Source: a virus
Lineage: Duplodnaviria > Caudoviricetes
Direction: 5' to 3' (one strand)
DNA: 56,135 bases
IMG/VR virus record: IMGVR_UViG_3300042922_000108
Location: 1 to 56,135 of that record
Shown here: one piece after another, positions 44,885-54,860 of the stretch
How the letters are laid out: each line of letters begins with the position of its first letter
Position numbering within the stretch: the first letter of the stretch is position 1
Notes under the pieces: generated by a model
Databases searched by the model: none
What the model was told of the DNA's origin: nothing
Seen by the model: only the letters and a program-made list of their open reading frames with translations
Translations under genes and position numbers: made by a program

Positions 44885-47215
44885 TTAGACGGTGGTGCCG
44901 GTGGCGTCGGTCCAGGCGGTTCCGTTGGACCAGATGGGCTTACCTAGTGTGGTGTCGTAGATCATCGCCCCAACACCGACGGTTGATGCTGACGGGCGTG
45001 AGCCTGTAGCTACCGCGAGGGAACGGAAAGCGCCCTCAGCCGTGACCGCCGCCAGCAGAACGTTGGAACTGTTCTGCCACTGGGTGAGCGGGGCAACCTG
45101 AGAAGCGAAGCCCTTAGCCACGAGGGGGACAGTTGTTGCCGACTGCACGGCCAGACCGACCGTGGGCCACGTGTTCCCTGCACCCGCCGCCGTGACGTTG
45201 GCGAAAGCCGGGGACATTTGGAACGGGGATTCGCCAACCTGCTTGGCGTTGTCGATCTTCAGCCCGCCGGTTGCACCGAACCGGGAGAAGTCTCCGGTGC
45301 CGGTGCCGTTCTTCGGCCCCAGCACCAGGAGCGGCTTAGTGCGCCCGGTGCCCGCGTTGAGCCGGAGCGTACCAACGTCGGTGCCGGTCCCGTCCGGGGA
45401 CTGGACCACGTTACCCTCGGCGTTGATCGTCTGCTTGCCGGTGAAGATGTTCTCAGCCAGGACAGCGCCGGGGGCGATGATCTGCATGCCCCAGCCCGGA
45501 TCGAGTACCTTCATCAGGTGCATGGCGATAGCGTGGTGCCCGTCGCTGTTGGGGTGGTAGTCGTCGAACATCAGCCCGGCCGCGTTCGCTTCCGCCCAGG
45601 TACCCCACCTGTGGTGGAGGTCCAGCAGGGGGGCGTTGAACTGGTCCGCGATTTCGTACAGCGCCCGGTGGTACTCGGTGAGCGCCGGGGAACCGGGTGG
45701 GGCGGAGCGGGGCGCCTGCCCGTCGTGACCTGCAACGATCAGCACCTTGGTGCCCTTCGCGGCGGCAGCGTTCATCACGTTGACCCATTCCGCTTTGTAC
45801 GCGGAAATCGCCATGCCTGAGTTTCCCCAGTCGTTGATATCGAGCATGATGATAGCCAGGTCGGGGGCGTCGTAGAACGAGATGGCCCTCCCGTCCGCAG
45901 GATTGCGGAGCTGGGAGATGTTGGCGATACCTGCGCCGGAATAGCCCGCGATGCTGACCTTGTGAACGCCACCAGTGATGATACCTTCCCAGCCGAACAG
46001 GGTGACGTTGCCCGTTGCGGGTGCGGTTATAACGAAAGTGTGCGGGCCGAGGGCCAGCGCCCCGGTGGTGTATTCGCCGATAGCGACCGACGCGGCGTTC
46101 GCGTCGATGTTGATTGGTTCGCCGCCGTCGATGGTGAGCGTAAACGTACCTTCGGTGGTGTCTTTGAGGAACAGCAACCGTAGCTTGTCGCAGGTGACCC
46201 CGGCGATGGTGAACGTGTTGCCTGTGCCTGTGGCTCGGCCCGTGTGCGTGGCATAGCCGACGTCCCGGTAATCGGTCCATGTCCCGGTGAATGTGGCCCG
46301 TGAGTCCGGCAGTGAACCCGCCCACACGGGCGTGATGCCGGTGCCCGCGGACTTGTACTTTTTGTCCATCTGGAGCCGGAACCGGGAAGCGTAGGCGTAC
46401 AGGTTGTACGGCGGAGACTGGGTTGCGCCGTAAGTGCGGGAGTCGCCGAGCACCTGAGTCTTGAAGACCTTGGAACCGTTGACAGCGCGGGCGAACTGCT
46501 GCCGTGCCGGGGCCAACGCGGTCGGGTTGTACAGGGACAGGTCAGTGTCGAAGTCGTGCGCCGTGGTAGCCCATGACGGGCGCTCACCACCACCGCCGCT
46601 TCCACCGCCGCCCGGCTTGGGCTTGAACTTACCCGCCGTGGCGTCCCAGGTAGCTACCTGGCCATCCGTCGCGCCGGTAGCGTCGCCGGGAAGGAACGTG
46701 GCAGAAAGTGCCGCAACTGTCTGGGTACCAGAGGTTACCTGTTCTGCCACTGCTTCATCAGTGGCACCTTCAACCACAACAGCACCAGTCTGTCCGTTAA
46801 CTGATGTTACGGAAGCAATAGGAGCCGTATAAGGCATAGCAGGTGCGCCGCCCGGAAGCTTGTCAAGGTCAACTAATTCCTGACCGCTTGCAAGCTGAAA
46901 AATCTTAGTTTTAGCAGGAAGGGTTGCCTTGTCTCCCTGATACTGAACCGTAGCGGTGTAGTACCAGTTGGTATAAGCATTACCATTCTCATCCTGAAAA
47001 CCTGCCTGATCGGTGTGAGGCAGTGTGAACTGCCCTGCAACACCGTCAGCCGTAGAGAGGTCTTCCAGCATGTTTACGAGAGGGGTACCCGTCTCAGTGT
47101 GCACAAGGAAAGCGCTAGGCGTGATTGTAACGAAAGACCGCAAGTGCGCGCCTGAGAACGTTACAGGTACACCTACCGTCAGCGTTGCGGTGGTGACACC
47201 GGCTGGTAGAGCCAC
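44885..47215 (-). CDS. Virion fibre/spike protein with SGNH (GDSL) esterase domain
   Basis: VTSVNGQTG fibre motif; LGDS, IND, DYHP...H catalytic blocks. Confidence 0.8.
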   Translation of the reverse strand: MALPAGVTTATLTVGVPVTFSGAHLRSFVTITPSAFLVHTETGTPLVNMLEDLSTADGVAGQFTLPHTDQAGFQDENGNAYTNWYYTATVQYQGDKATLPAKTKIFQLASGQELVDLDKLPGGAPAMPYTAPIASVTSVNGQTGAVVVEGATDEAVAEQVTSGTQTVAALSATFLPGDATGATDGQVATWDATAGKFKPKPGGGGSGGGGERPSWATTAHDFDTDLSLYNPTALAPARQQFARAVNGSKVFKTQVLGDSRTYGATQSPPYNLYAYASRFRLQMDKKYKSAGTGITPVWAGSLPDSRATFTGTWTDYRDVGYATHTGRATGTGNTFTIAGVTCDKLRLLFLKDTTEGTFTLTIDGGEPINIDANAASVAIGEYTTGALALGPHTFVITAPATGNVTLFGWEGIITGGVHKVSIAGYSGAGIANISQLRNPADGRAISFYDAPDLAIIMLDINDWGNSGMAISAYKAEWVNVMNAAAAKGTKVLIVAGHDGQAPRSAPPGSPALTEYHRALYEIADQFNAPLLDLHHRWGTWAEANAAGLMFDDYHPNSDGHHAIAMHLMKVLDPGWGMQIIAPGAVLAENIFTGKQTINAEGNVVQSPDGTGTDVGTLRLNAGTGRTKPLLVLGPKNGTGTGDFSRFGATGGLKIDNAKQVGESPFQMSPAFANVTAAGAGNTWPTVGLAVQSATTVPLVAKGFASQVAPLTQWQNSSNVLLAAVTAEGAFRSLAVATGSRPSASTVGVGAMIYDTTLGKPIWSNGTAWTDATGTTV

Positions 47216-47268
47216 TTTTACCCCTTTTGATTGTTGAAGCTACTAGCACAAGTCTAGCAGCTTGTCAA

Positions 47269-48864
47269 CTACCCGTTCCGGCCTTGTGAAGCCTTGTGTT
47301 GGCCTTGGGCAGACCTTGAGCTATTATCGCCGTAGGACGGAGCGTTGCTTTGAGCCTTCTTTGCTCCCTGCTGCGGGGTAGTCCCCGGACGTGTGGGAGC
47401 CCCTGCTGCCGGAGCCGGAGGATTCTGTGCCGTCTTCAGTGCGGCCTTACCCTGCTCAGTGTTGCCAGCGTAGACCAAGCCAAGCTCTTCCTCAGTGGGA
47501 AGTTCCTTGTCAGACTGGATTTCCAGCGCCACGCGGATAAGCTCACGGACCTCTTCAGCGTGCAGCACATTCAGCGGAGTGGCAGCGGTGATGGCCTGAA
47601 TGTTCCGGAGCAGGTCACCGGCTTCAATCTTGCCCCAGATGCATTTCACGTCAGCCTTGCCAACGTAGTCAAAGAGACGTTCGTAGAAGCCGCTCCAAAG
47701 CTTCTGACGGGCCTTCATAGCCTTCAAAGTCGGAGCCTCGAGTGTTTCTGCCGCCGAACGGTTTGAGGAGCCAGAATCGCTTGTCAGAGCCGTTAGAGGG
47801 ATATCCAGACCTGCAGCCACCATCGACGCAAGCGGGAGCCCAGCGTTGAAGTCCACAGAGCCGCCAGTACGCCCGATGGTGCTCATGGTGGTACCCATGC
47901 CCATGAGGGCGGTGCCGCCAACCTGTTCCTGCTGTCCGGTGAGCGGATCGCGTACCGGTTGTGCTGCAACCTTCGTGGCCGCGCTCTTGACTCCATTGGC
48001 CGTAGGCGCGGTGATCTTGAAGGCAAACCGGGAGTAGGCCTTGACCAGCGTTGCGGAGTTCTCGAGGAATTCCTTGTAGGCCTTTGTCCAGAAGATGACG
48101 GACATGAGGTCAGGTGCGCCCCACTTCCAGCCAACCTGCTTGTTGACAGCAGTGTGGATGAGAGCGGAGTTCCAGACAACAGGCTTGCCCTGAATGGTGA
48201 AAGGCTTGCCGTTCTCAATGTCGTAGTCATCAGCAGGGAACCACACGATTACGTCATCAGCGGTGACCTGTCCGGTGCGGTAGCTCTCGCGGGAAACCTT
48301 GAACTCGCGGCGGTAGAACCAGATATCCTCTTTGTTCTGAGGGTTGGTGACTACACCAGTGATTTCCTTCATGGGTACGCGCGTGACCTTGGCTACGGCT
48401 GTTCCGGTTTCGGAGAGTCGCCGCCTTCCGCCACCCGGCTTGGTGACCAGCGTGAAGAGGTTGCCGTCCGTGGCAAGTACCGCTTCAAGCTCTGCCTGAG
48501 CCTGTGGACTGAAGTAGAACTTCTTGTTGGCCTTGTCGGTCAGGAAAGCGTCTTTTTCCTCGAGCCCCTGAAACTTGACACCCTCGCCCCAGACGTAGGT
48601 GGTGCGGACACCGATACCCCGCTTGATAAGCGGGTTGATGGCGACAAGGCCGCGCGTGGTCTGTGAAATGTTCTTCACGGTATCCAGACGGATTTCCGCT
48701 GCGTCTTCGGTAGGGCCAAGCGGTCGCCAGCCAATGTCATCAAGAGCCAACATTGCGTCGGCAAATGATTCCTGCAGCACCTCCACAGAATGTGTGAGTG
48801 CAGTATTTGATTCCTGCAGGCGTGCGATTTCCGCACTTGCCTTTACTTCAGCCAGCGATACCAC
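47269..48864 (-). CDS. Portal protein
   Basis: NPLIKRG, DGNLF, G..WG.PDL; follows terminase. Confidence 0.9.
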   Translation of the reverse strand: MVSLAEVKASAEIARLQESNTALTHSVEVLQESFADAMLALDDIGWRPLGPTEDAAEIRLDTVKNISQTTRGLVAINPLIKRGIGVRTTYVWGEGVKFQGLEEKDAFLTDKANKKFYFSPQAQAELEAVLATDGNLFTLVTKPGGGRRRLSETGTAVAKVTRVPMKEITGVVTNPQNKEDIWFYRREFKVSRESYRTGQVTADDVIVWFPADDYDIENGKPFTIQGKPVVWNSALIHTAVNKQVGWKWGAPDLMSVIFWTKAYKEFLENSATLVKAYSRFAFKITAPTANGVKSAATKVAAQPVRDPLTGQQEQVGGTALMGMGTTMSTIGRTGGSVDFNAGLPLASMVAAGLDIPLTALTSDSGSSNRSAAETLEAPTLKAMKARQKLWSGFYERLFDYVGKADVKCIWGKIEAGDLLRNIQAITAATPLNVLHAEEVRELIRVALEIQSDKELPTEEELGLVYAGNTEQGKAALKTAQNPPAPAAGAPTRPGTTPQQGAKKAQSNAPSYGDNSSRSAQGQHKASQGRNG

Positions 48865-48923
48865 AGCAGCTCCTATACCATAAATTGTCCTGCTGTCAAG
48901 TCTACAGTAATGATTTATGGCAC

Positions 48924-49001
48924 AAAAAAGCCCCTTGTTAGCGCAAGGGGCTTTTTCTGATGGAAGGCGCAGGTGCACCGCAATATCGTTGTCTAGGCGA
49001 T
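48924..49001 (-). ncRNA. Candidate sRNA B between terminase and portal
   Basis: Terminator (49021-49052), then TGgTAGGGT (49017-49009), about 78 nt without ORF, then second terminator (48924-48956). Confidence 0.6.
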
Positions 49002-49089
49002 AATAAACACCCTACCATACAAAAGAGCCCCGTTGCTCAGACGGGGCTCTTTCGTACTGCACCTCTACCAAAGGTGAGCCCTGAGCTTA

Positions 49090-50589
49090 TCACAAAGGAC
49101 TGATCTGTGTTTCCCACATTTCCAGCATGTCTTCCATAGCCATGCTGTACTCTTCTCCCGGCTTCAGCTTGGAGATAGGGTCTGTCGGATCGACACCCGT
49201 AATAGCACATGCGTAGCAGGCTGCGTCAGCGAAGTCAGGGGACTTCCCACGGCGCTTGATAATGTCATCCTTGGATTCGATCTGTAAGGAGCCGCGCTTG
49301 GCAAAGAAGTATTCGAGGTCACCTAGCTCATCCTCGAGGTCTTTGTCATCAATGGTAATATCAATCTCGCCCTTCCACATGCGCTCACGCATTGTGTCGT
49401 ACCAGTAGGCACGAGCGTTTACCCACAAGTCAAGGTCAGGGCTTGCAGCGTTACCTACCAGACCCACCGTCTCATAGCGGTTGTCGGATTGTGCTGCAAC
49501 CATGTCCACCACCGGACCACCAAGGCCAACACCGTCAATACGGACCTCAGCCGCACCGTGTTCCCAAGCAAGGTCACGGATTCTTCGCGCCGTCTCTACC
49601 GTGTTGGTTTTGTTCCACTTGGCTAGGAACCGCAAGTTCCCATCGTGGTACAGGTAGACCACAGAGTAGTCATCACCGTAGCGCGCGATATCGCAACCAA
49701 GTACAGGCTGAGTCTCTGAGCTGGGACGGATTTCAGTCTGCTGCCCTCTCATAATGGTTGCCATTGAGAAGAGGTTCTTACCACCGTCAGTGGTGAACTC
49801 GCCAAGCACCTTGGACTTGTAGCGCGGGGAATCCTCGCCCCACTGGTCCTTCTTTTCCTCTGCCCACTGGACAGACACCAGACCTTTTTTGGCCTCTTCC
49901 GGCATGTACTCGCCGGTAAAGTTGGGCGTATCATACGCCGAAATGGTGATCTTATGCCAAGACTTGTCGTCTTTGAGGAAAATGCGCCCAAACTCGGAAG
50001 AGGGGATATCCGGGTTGGCGATAGCCAAAATACGGTCATGGGAGCCTGTTGTAATGGCTTCTACACCAGTGAACAGGGTTTCGTTGACTCCACAGGCCTC
50101 ATCAATGACTGCAAGCACACCACCGCTCGAGTGAACGCCCTGAAAGCCTTGTGTGTTGGTGTCAGCAGGCTTCCTACCCCATGCCACAACCTCACCCTTT
50201 GAGTCTTTCCACTCATCATCCTGTGTGACTCGCCCCATGAGGTCATTCTTGCCGTGGTGCTGACGGATATAGCGCCACAGAATCTTGTTGACCTGCTCAT
50301 AGGTGGGAGCGGTAGAAACCACCACAGCCTCAGTGCCGTAGCGGGTATCTACCCACCAAGACACAACGATGGAGGCAAAGTAGGATTTGCCGGAGCCGTG
50401 GCAGGATTTGACGGCGGTTTTCTTGTTGTTCACCACCGACTGGGCAATAGCAATTTGCTTGCTCCATAAATGGATGCCCAATTTGTCCTTAGCCCACAAA
50501 GCAATATCATGCTTATAGAGTTCCTTGAGCTTATTGCTTTGTTCTACCGTTTTAGCTCTGGCTATTACTGCCTGACTGAGTACTCTCAT
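49090..50589 (-). CDS. terL: Terminase large subunit
   Basis: SCHGSGKS, IDEA, ANP, DIARYG.D, SPDFADA. Confidence 0.95.
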   Translation of the reverse strand: MRVLSQAVIARAKTVEQSNKLKELYKHDIALWAKDKLGIHLWSKQIAIAQSVVNNKKTAVKSCHGSGKSYFASIVVSWWVDTRYGTEAVVVSTAPTYEQVNKILWRYIRQHHGKNDLMGRVTQDDEWKDSKGEVVAWGRKPADTNTQGFQGVHSSGGVLAVIDEACGVNETLFTGVEAITTGSHDRILAIANPDIPSSEFGRIFLKDDKSWHKITISAYDTPNFTGEYMPEEAKKGLVSVQWAEEKKDQWGEDSPRYKSKVLGEFTTDGGKNLFSMATIMRGQQTEIRPSSETQPVLGCDIARYGDDYSVVYLYHDGNLRFLAKWNKTNTVETARRIRDLAWEHGAAEVRIDGVGLGGPVVDMVAAQSDNRYETVGLVGNAASPDLDLWVNARAYWYDTMRERMWKGEIDITIDDKDLEDELGDLEYFFAKRGSLQIESKDDIIKRRGKSPDFADAACYACAITGVDPTDPISKLKPGEEYSMAMEDMLEMWETQISPL

Positions 50590-51055
50590 TTTTCTTCTTC
50601 CAATATGACGCTCTAGCGCGTGCGCGCATACACTCGCGGCACTCTCTCTTACCTTTGCGGTGGAAGGTGTTCTCTTCAGTAAATGCGTGCCCATTCACAC
50701 AAGAGGTCTTGGCTGCATTGTCAGCAGCGAGTGTCCCACCTCTCAGCAGGTTTTCCCTGTGAGTCGCTACTGCCATGTGCTTTGGATTGCAGCACATACG
50801 GTGTGGGCACGTCTTACCAGACTCGCACTCAAGCGGATCATGACAAAGGTGGTCTAATACTGCCCCATCAGGTACAGGCCCAACCAGCCGCTCAAAGAAG
50901 TACTTGTGTGCTCTGTGGTTGTGGTAATTCTCGGTGAGCTGACCGTAGCCGTCACCATTCTGACCTAACGGCCACGGCCAACAGGCATCAGGATCAGAAG
51001 TGTCCAGACGCGCAAGGTGATCTTCAAATGTTTTACGGGGAGCGCCCACTGACAC
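50552..51055 (-). CDS. HNH homing endonuclease overlapping terminase start
   Basis: CWPW, GYG, AHK, DHLC...CCNPKH, CVNGH...CREC. Confidence 0.9.
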   Translation of the reverse strand: MSVGAPRKTFEDHLARLDTSDPDACWPWPLGQNGDGYGQLTENYHNHRAHKYFFERLVGPVPDGAVLDHLCHDPLECESGKTCPHRMCCNPKHMAVATHRENLLRGGTLAADNAAKTSCVNGHAFTEENTFHRKGKRECRECMRARARASYWKKKNESTQSGSNSQS

Positions 51056-51070
51056 CTTCTCTATAGTTAA

Positions 51071-51283
51071 TTACTCCATAGAGTCTACCATCCGCCAAAT
51101 ATACTCATCGAACGCGGCTTCATCGTGAGAATACAGCCAGAGAACCTTTAGGAGTTCTGTGATGAGCCAACTTGAATTCTTTGACAGATATGCCAGTTCT
51201 CGTACCGCCGCAAAATCAGGGCGGTTAGGGTAGCTATCAAAAACAGCATCCAGCAAAGCAGCTAGTTCATTTTCCTTCGTCAC
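51071..51283 (-). CDS. Hypothetical protein
   Basis: Coupled ORF. Confidence 0.6.
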   Translation of the reverse strand: MTKENELAALLDAVFDSYPNRPDFAAVRELAYLSKNSSWLITELLKVLWLYSHDEAAFDEYIWRMVDSME

Positions 51284-51837
51284 CTAAGTGCCCCCATTTC
51301 AGTTACAGCAGCGGTCTGGTCAAGCTGGTCAAGAGCCTTGTTGGTGTACTCGCCCAAGTCTTCAAGCAGGGAAGCCTTTGCCGCCTTCAGCGTCTTGGCA
51401 TTGTCGAAAGCCTCTTCGATCATGCCGCGCATCATCAGCTTGGACGTTTCGAGGATGGCAAGCAACTGCTCTGCCTGCAGCCGGTGGAGCTTGTCAGCTT
51501 CCAGCTCAGCGACTTCCTTGCGGGAGTGGTTGAGAGACTGGAGGGCTTCAATCCGGTCCAGAATCTTGAGGACTACCTCAAAGTCTTCAAGGAACTGGCT
51601 GCTCTCCAGCTTGATATTGGCCTTGTGAAGCAGGTTCTCGACGCGGAGCAGGTGAAGTACCCACTGCTCTTCCTTTGGCATCTGAACACGGCTGGAAACG
51701 TAATTGCGCCACTCAATGACGGCTTCTTCCACGGAAATACCGACTTCTGCAGCCGTTTCCTCAATGGTGAGCCCCATAATGCGCTTATCGACTACCTGTT
51801 TTGTCAGGATCGACATATTGTTCTGATATTCCGTCAT
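51280..51837 (-). CDS. Putative terminase small subunit
   Basis: N-terminal HTH (GLTIEETAAEVGIS), helical, upstream of terL; TGaTAGGTT promoter at 51876-51868. Confidence 0.6.
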   Translation of the reverse strand: MTEYQNNMSILTKQVVDKRIMGLTIEETAAEVGISVEEAVIEWRNYVSSRVQMPKEEQWVLHLLRVENLLHKANIKLESSQFLEDFEVVLKILDRIEALQSLNHSRKEVAELEADKLHRLQAEQLLAILETSKLMMRGMIEEAFDNAKTLKAAKASLLEDLGEYTNKALDQLDQTAAVTEMGALR

Positions 51838-51882
51838 TTGCTTCCTTCGTGGGAATGTGCTAAGACAAACCTATCATGACGC

Positions 51883-51935
51883 AAAAAAGCCCCTCGCTGG
51901 CACTGCCACGGTTACGTGGGCCTTTGAGGGGCTTT
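51883..51935 (-). terminator. Terminator with a nested hairpin in its loop
   Basis: AAAGCCCCTC...GAGGGGCTTTTTT enclosing CCACG-TAAC-CGTGG. Confidence 0.65.
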
Positions 51936-52049
51936 CTTGGTGTTCGCATGGAATTTATATCGACGGGCCATGCACCTCGCCATTGGTCAGCTAGCAGGTG
52001 GTTACTTAGCTACAGGATTTTCGGCCTATGATTCGTTCCACCCGCCGCG

Positions 52050-52122
<73 letters not shown>

Positions 52123-52202
52123 AAGTGTCCCGTTTTAGAGCTTCATGATTGACTCAGTTAGTGTGCCTCTATAGGTACGGGACCAACCTGTGTATTACCT
52201 TA

Positions 52203-53030
52203 TCACACTGCTACGGGAGCTTTGATTGCTGGATGAGGTCTGTACCCCAGCACCTCAAAGTCCTTCCAATCGTAGCTGTCAATGTCAGGACGACGGATCA
52301 GGACATGCAGTTGCGGGAACGGCCTGATTTCCCTCGTAAGCTGCTCCACCACCTGTGGAATGTGGTTTTCGTAGATATGTACGTCACCACCAGTCCACAC
52401 GAACTCGCCCACCTTGAGCCCTGTCTGACGGGCAATCATGTGTGTCAGGAGCGCATAGGAGGCAATGTTGAAAGGTACTCCCAGAAACATGTCCGCTGAG
52501 CGCTGGTAGAGCTGGCAGGACAGCTTGCCATCCTGTACGTAGAACTGGAAGAAGGCGTGGCAGGGAGGCAACGCCATGTCGTCAAGCTCTGCGGGATTCC
52601 ACGCGCTCACGATGTGACGGCGGGAGTCAGGATTGTGCTTGATGGACTCAATAACCTGTGCAATCTGATCGACTGCCGGATTACCCTTACCGTCACGGTT
52701 GAACACGTCAAGGGCTCCCCAAGAGCGCCATTGATGCCCGTAAACTGGCCCAAGCTCCCCGAATTCATCGGCCCACTCATCCCAGATGGTGACACCGCGA
52801 TCAGTCATGTACTGAGTGTTCGTGTTTCCTGTGAGCAGCCACAGCAGCTCTACCACGATGGACTTCCAGTGCACCTTTTTGGTGGTGATGAGGGGGAAGC
52901 CCTGCTGCAGGTCAAACCGCATCTGTGCTCCGAAGATGCTGCGTGTCCCGGTACCCGTCCGGTCAGTGCGCTTGGCACCATTGACCAGCACATGGTTCAG
53001 GAGGTCTTCGTACTCTGTGTTGATGGTCAA
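52203..53030 (-). CDS. thyA: Thymidylate synthase
   Basis: [32 protein letters not shown]. Confidence 0.97.
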   Translation of the reverse strand: MTINTEYEDLLNHVLVNGAKRTDRTGTGTRSIFGAQMRFDLQQGFPLITTKKVHWKSIVVELLWLLTGNTNTQYMTDRGVTIWDEWADEFGELGPVYGHQWRSWGALDVFNRDGKGNPAVDQIAQVIESIKHNPDSRRHIVSAWNPAELDDMALPPCHAFFQFYVQDGKLSCQLYQRSADMFLGVPFNIASYALLTHMIARQTGLKVGEFVWTGGDVHIYENHIPQVVEQLTREIRPFPQLHVLIRRPDIDSYDWKDFEVLGYRPHPAIKAPVAV

Positions 53031-53161
53031 ACTGCGTCCCGCTTCCTACGGTAGTATTCGGATGCTTCCCACCAACGTGTGTAGTGGTCCCTGTCGTTGA
53101 TGTTCGCCCACATGATTAGGTCTGTGAGGTCATACATGAACTGGTAATAAAGCCGCTTCAC
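53027..53161 (-). CDS. 44-aa hypothetical protein
   Basis: 4-nt overlaps with both neighbours. Confidence 0.55.
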   Translation of the reverse strand: MKRLYYQFMYDLTDLIMWANINDRDHYTRWWEASEYYRRKRDAV

Positions 53162-53493
53162 TTCTCGTATCCGTTTCGTCGTGCCAGCGCGGTCAGGAAG
53201 AGCCTAGCACTGTACTCAAGGTCCGTGTCACTGATGTACTTAGCCTTGGTGAGCCCTTCCAAGCCGGATTGGTGCTCTCCAGCAGTGAGTTCTCGTGGAA
53301 GCAGGTAGTGCTCAGGCAGAAGCTCATACGCAAGCTGGTAGCTGTCAATCCCCTCAAATGAGGCTCCGATGATGGTTTCCCCGTCAATCTTGAGGTCAAT
53401 CCCACCCTCATCAATGACGATGGATTCTGCGTATGGAGCGCCAGCCTCGTCGTTTTCATCAACGGGCGGGACAACTGTAGTGTGAGTGCTCAC
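53158..53493 (-). CDS. Hypothetical protein
   Basis: GTG start coupled to upstream stop. Confidence 0.65.
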   Translation of the reverse strand: MSTHTTVVPPVDENDEAGAPYAESIVIDEGGIDLKIDGETIIGASFEGIDSYQLAYELLPEHYLLPRELTAGEHQSGLEGLTKAKYISDTDLEYSARLFLTALARRNGYEK

Positions 53494-54047
53494 TAATTTC
53501 CTTCTGGTATCTCGAACCGCACTTTGCGGATTTCCTTTTCTAATTCTTTGGAGCGATCTGTTGGCTTCATAGCCAAGTAGTAATCTCTGTTTTCTGCCCC
53601 ATAGACCACAGTACCTTTTCTTTCGGACAAAGGCCAACTCTTGTAATCCTTGCCGTGGTGTCGGCAATTCGGCCTGCGTAACACCAAGGCATAGTGCGGA
53701 CGCGCGCTGGCAAAGGTGTGTACCTCTTCATACCTGCACTCGCAACCTTCTCGCCATACCCACGGCTCTTCCTCACCACAGTTTATGCAGGTGTACCACT
53801 GTGAGTAGTGGTAGATGTGCTTGCAGCCCTTACGGAGGATCGCCCAAGCCTGATCCATCCAATCTTTGTGCTCTTCTGCGTGCACCTCAGCCAGCGTCTT
53901 GATACGCACTGGAGGCTGCTCTACCTTCTCAGCAGGCTTGTCGCGCCATTTGCGTGCGTCACCCTTGAACCAACCGATTACCGTGTATGGGTTGAATAAG
54001 GTGAAGACAACTAATGCTGAGAAGCAGAGCCACAAGAAAGTTTCCAT
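53493..54047 (-). CDS. Membrane-anchored Cys/His-rich protein
   Basis: N-terminal TM; CxH, CxxC, CxC; TTGACA-17-TAGGCT leaderless promoter. Confidence 0.7.
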   Translation of the reverse strand: METFLWLCFSALVVFTLFNPYTVIGWFKGDARKWRDKPAEKVEQPPVRIKTLAEVHAEEHKDWMDQAWAILRKGCKHIYHYSQWYTCINCGEEEPWVWREGCECRYEEVHTFASARPHYALVLRRPNCRHHGKDYKSWPLSERKGTVVYGAENRDYYLAMKPTDRSKELEKEIRKVRFEIPEGN

Positions 54048-54097
54048 GCTCTGAGCCTATATGCCCTCAAGCACACTGTCAATCTGTTTTGGGTACG

Positions 54098-54121
54098 AAA
54101 AAGCCCCGCTACGGCGGGGCT
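54098..54121 (-). terminator. Intrinsic terminator
   Basis: AGCCCCGC stem plus T5 on - strand. Confidence 0.7.
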
Positions 54122-54126
54122 CATCG

Positions 54127-54309
54127 TTAGAGAAGGCTGAGTAGCCAATACGAGACTGACGCGCTGGCTGCCACAATTACCATTGCGGTGTAATGGCCCC
54201 ATTTTCCTGTGAACCTCGCCTTACCAAAGGCAACAGCAAGCAGCATACCTAAGTAGTAGATAGCTATAACTGCAGAGAGTATGGATGCTGCCAGAATGAA
54301 AATGTTCAA
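54127..54309 (-). CDS. Small two-TM membrane protein
   Basis: Hydrophobic; AAGGA RBS before TTG. Confidence 0.6.
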   Translation of the reverse strand: MNIFILAASILSAVIAIYYLGMLLAVAFGKARFTGKWGHYTAMVIVAASASVSYWLLSLL

Positions 54310-54554
54310 TGCGTTCCTTTGCTTGTTTCTTGTAAAGCTTTGATTGTGTCGTGCGCCCACTGCTTGGCTTTGTAGTCGAAATGGTCACTGTAGAGCGTCC
54401 GCCAGCCAGTGCGGTTGACCTTCTTCCAGTGCCACCAGCGCTTGCGTACCTTCCAAGTCATCCAGCGCTGCACCAAGTAGACGGTATCTATGCTACCGGC
54501 AAACCCCTCAAAATCAGTGGTAATCCGCCAGCCTGCAGGTAATTCTTCGCTCAC
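54306..54554 (-). CDS. Trp-rich basic hypothetical protein
   Basis: GTGA overlap. Confidence 0.65.
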   Translation of the reverse strand: MSEELPAGWRITTDFEGFAGSIDTVYLVQRWMTWKVRKRWWHWKKVNRTGWRTLYSDHFDYKAKQWAHDTIKALQETSKGTH

Positions 54555-54823
54555 TGCTTGCCTGCTGCCACGCGCGCATCCCACCGTTTGGCAAAATCGG
54601 AAATCTGTTCCGAGGTTTGAAGGGTAGGCGTGCGTGCTTCCCGCGCTGCCTTGAGAATCAGTTCCGCAATGGCTTCCGCAGAGTCGGTACGGATCAGAAG
54701 CGCTTCACAACCGTTCACCCTTATGTCCATCAGTGTGGGAATGTCGCGGTCTACCTGTGCTTCAAAAACGTCTTTATCAGGATCGGTGTAGCTGAATATC
54801 GGGGTTTCAAATCTTTTCTCCAT
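54551..54823 (-). CDS. Hypothetical protein
   Basis: TTGCAT-17-TACATT leaderless promoter before ATG. Confidence 0.65.
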   Translation of the reverse strand: MEKRFETPIFSYTDPDKDVFEAQVDRDIPTLMDIRVNGCEALLIRTDSAEAIAELILKAAREARTPTLQTSEQISDFAKRWDARVAAGKQ

Positions 54824-54860
54824 AGGCCAAAATGTATCGCGGATTTTCTGAGTATGCAAA

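Noticed and set aside
51993-52049. HDV-like (theta) ribozyme after tRNA-Asn
   Set aside because: I could not build the P3/P1.1 nested pseudoknot by eye; kept only as a generic structured module.
52203-53030. ThyA as a base-hypermodification enzyme
   Set aside because: Canonical dUMP-specific motif (VPFN) and no glycosyltransferase or other modification genes recognised.
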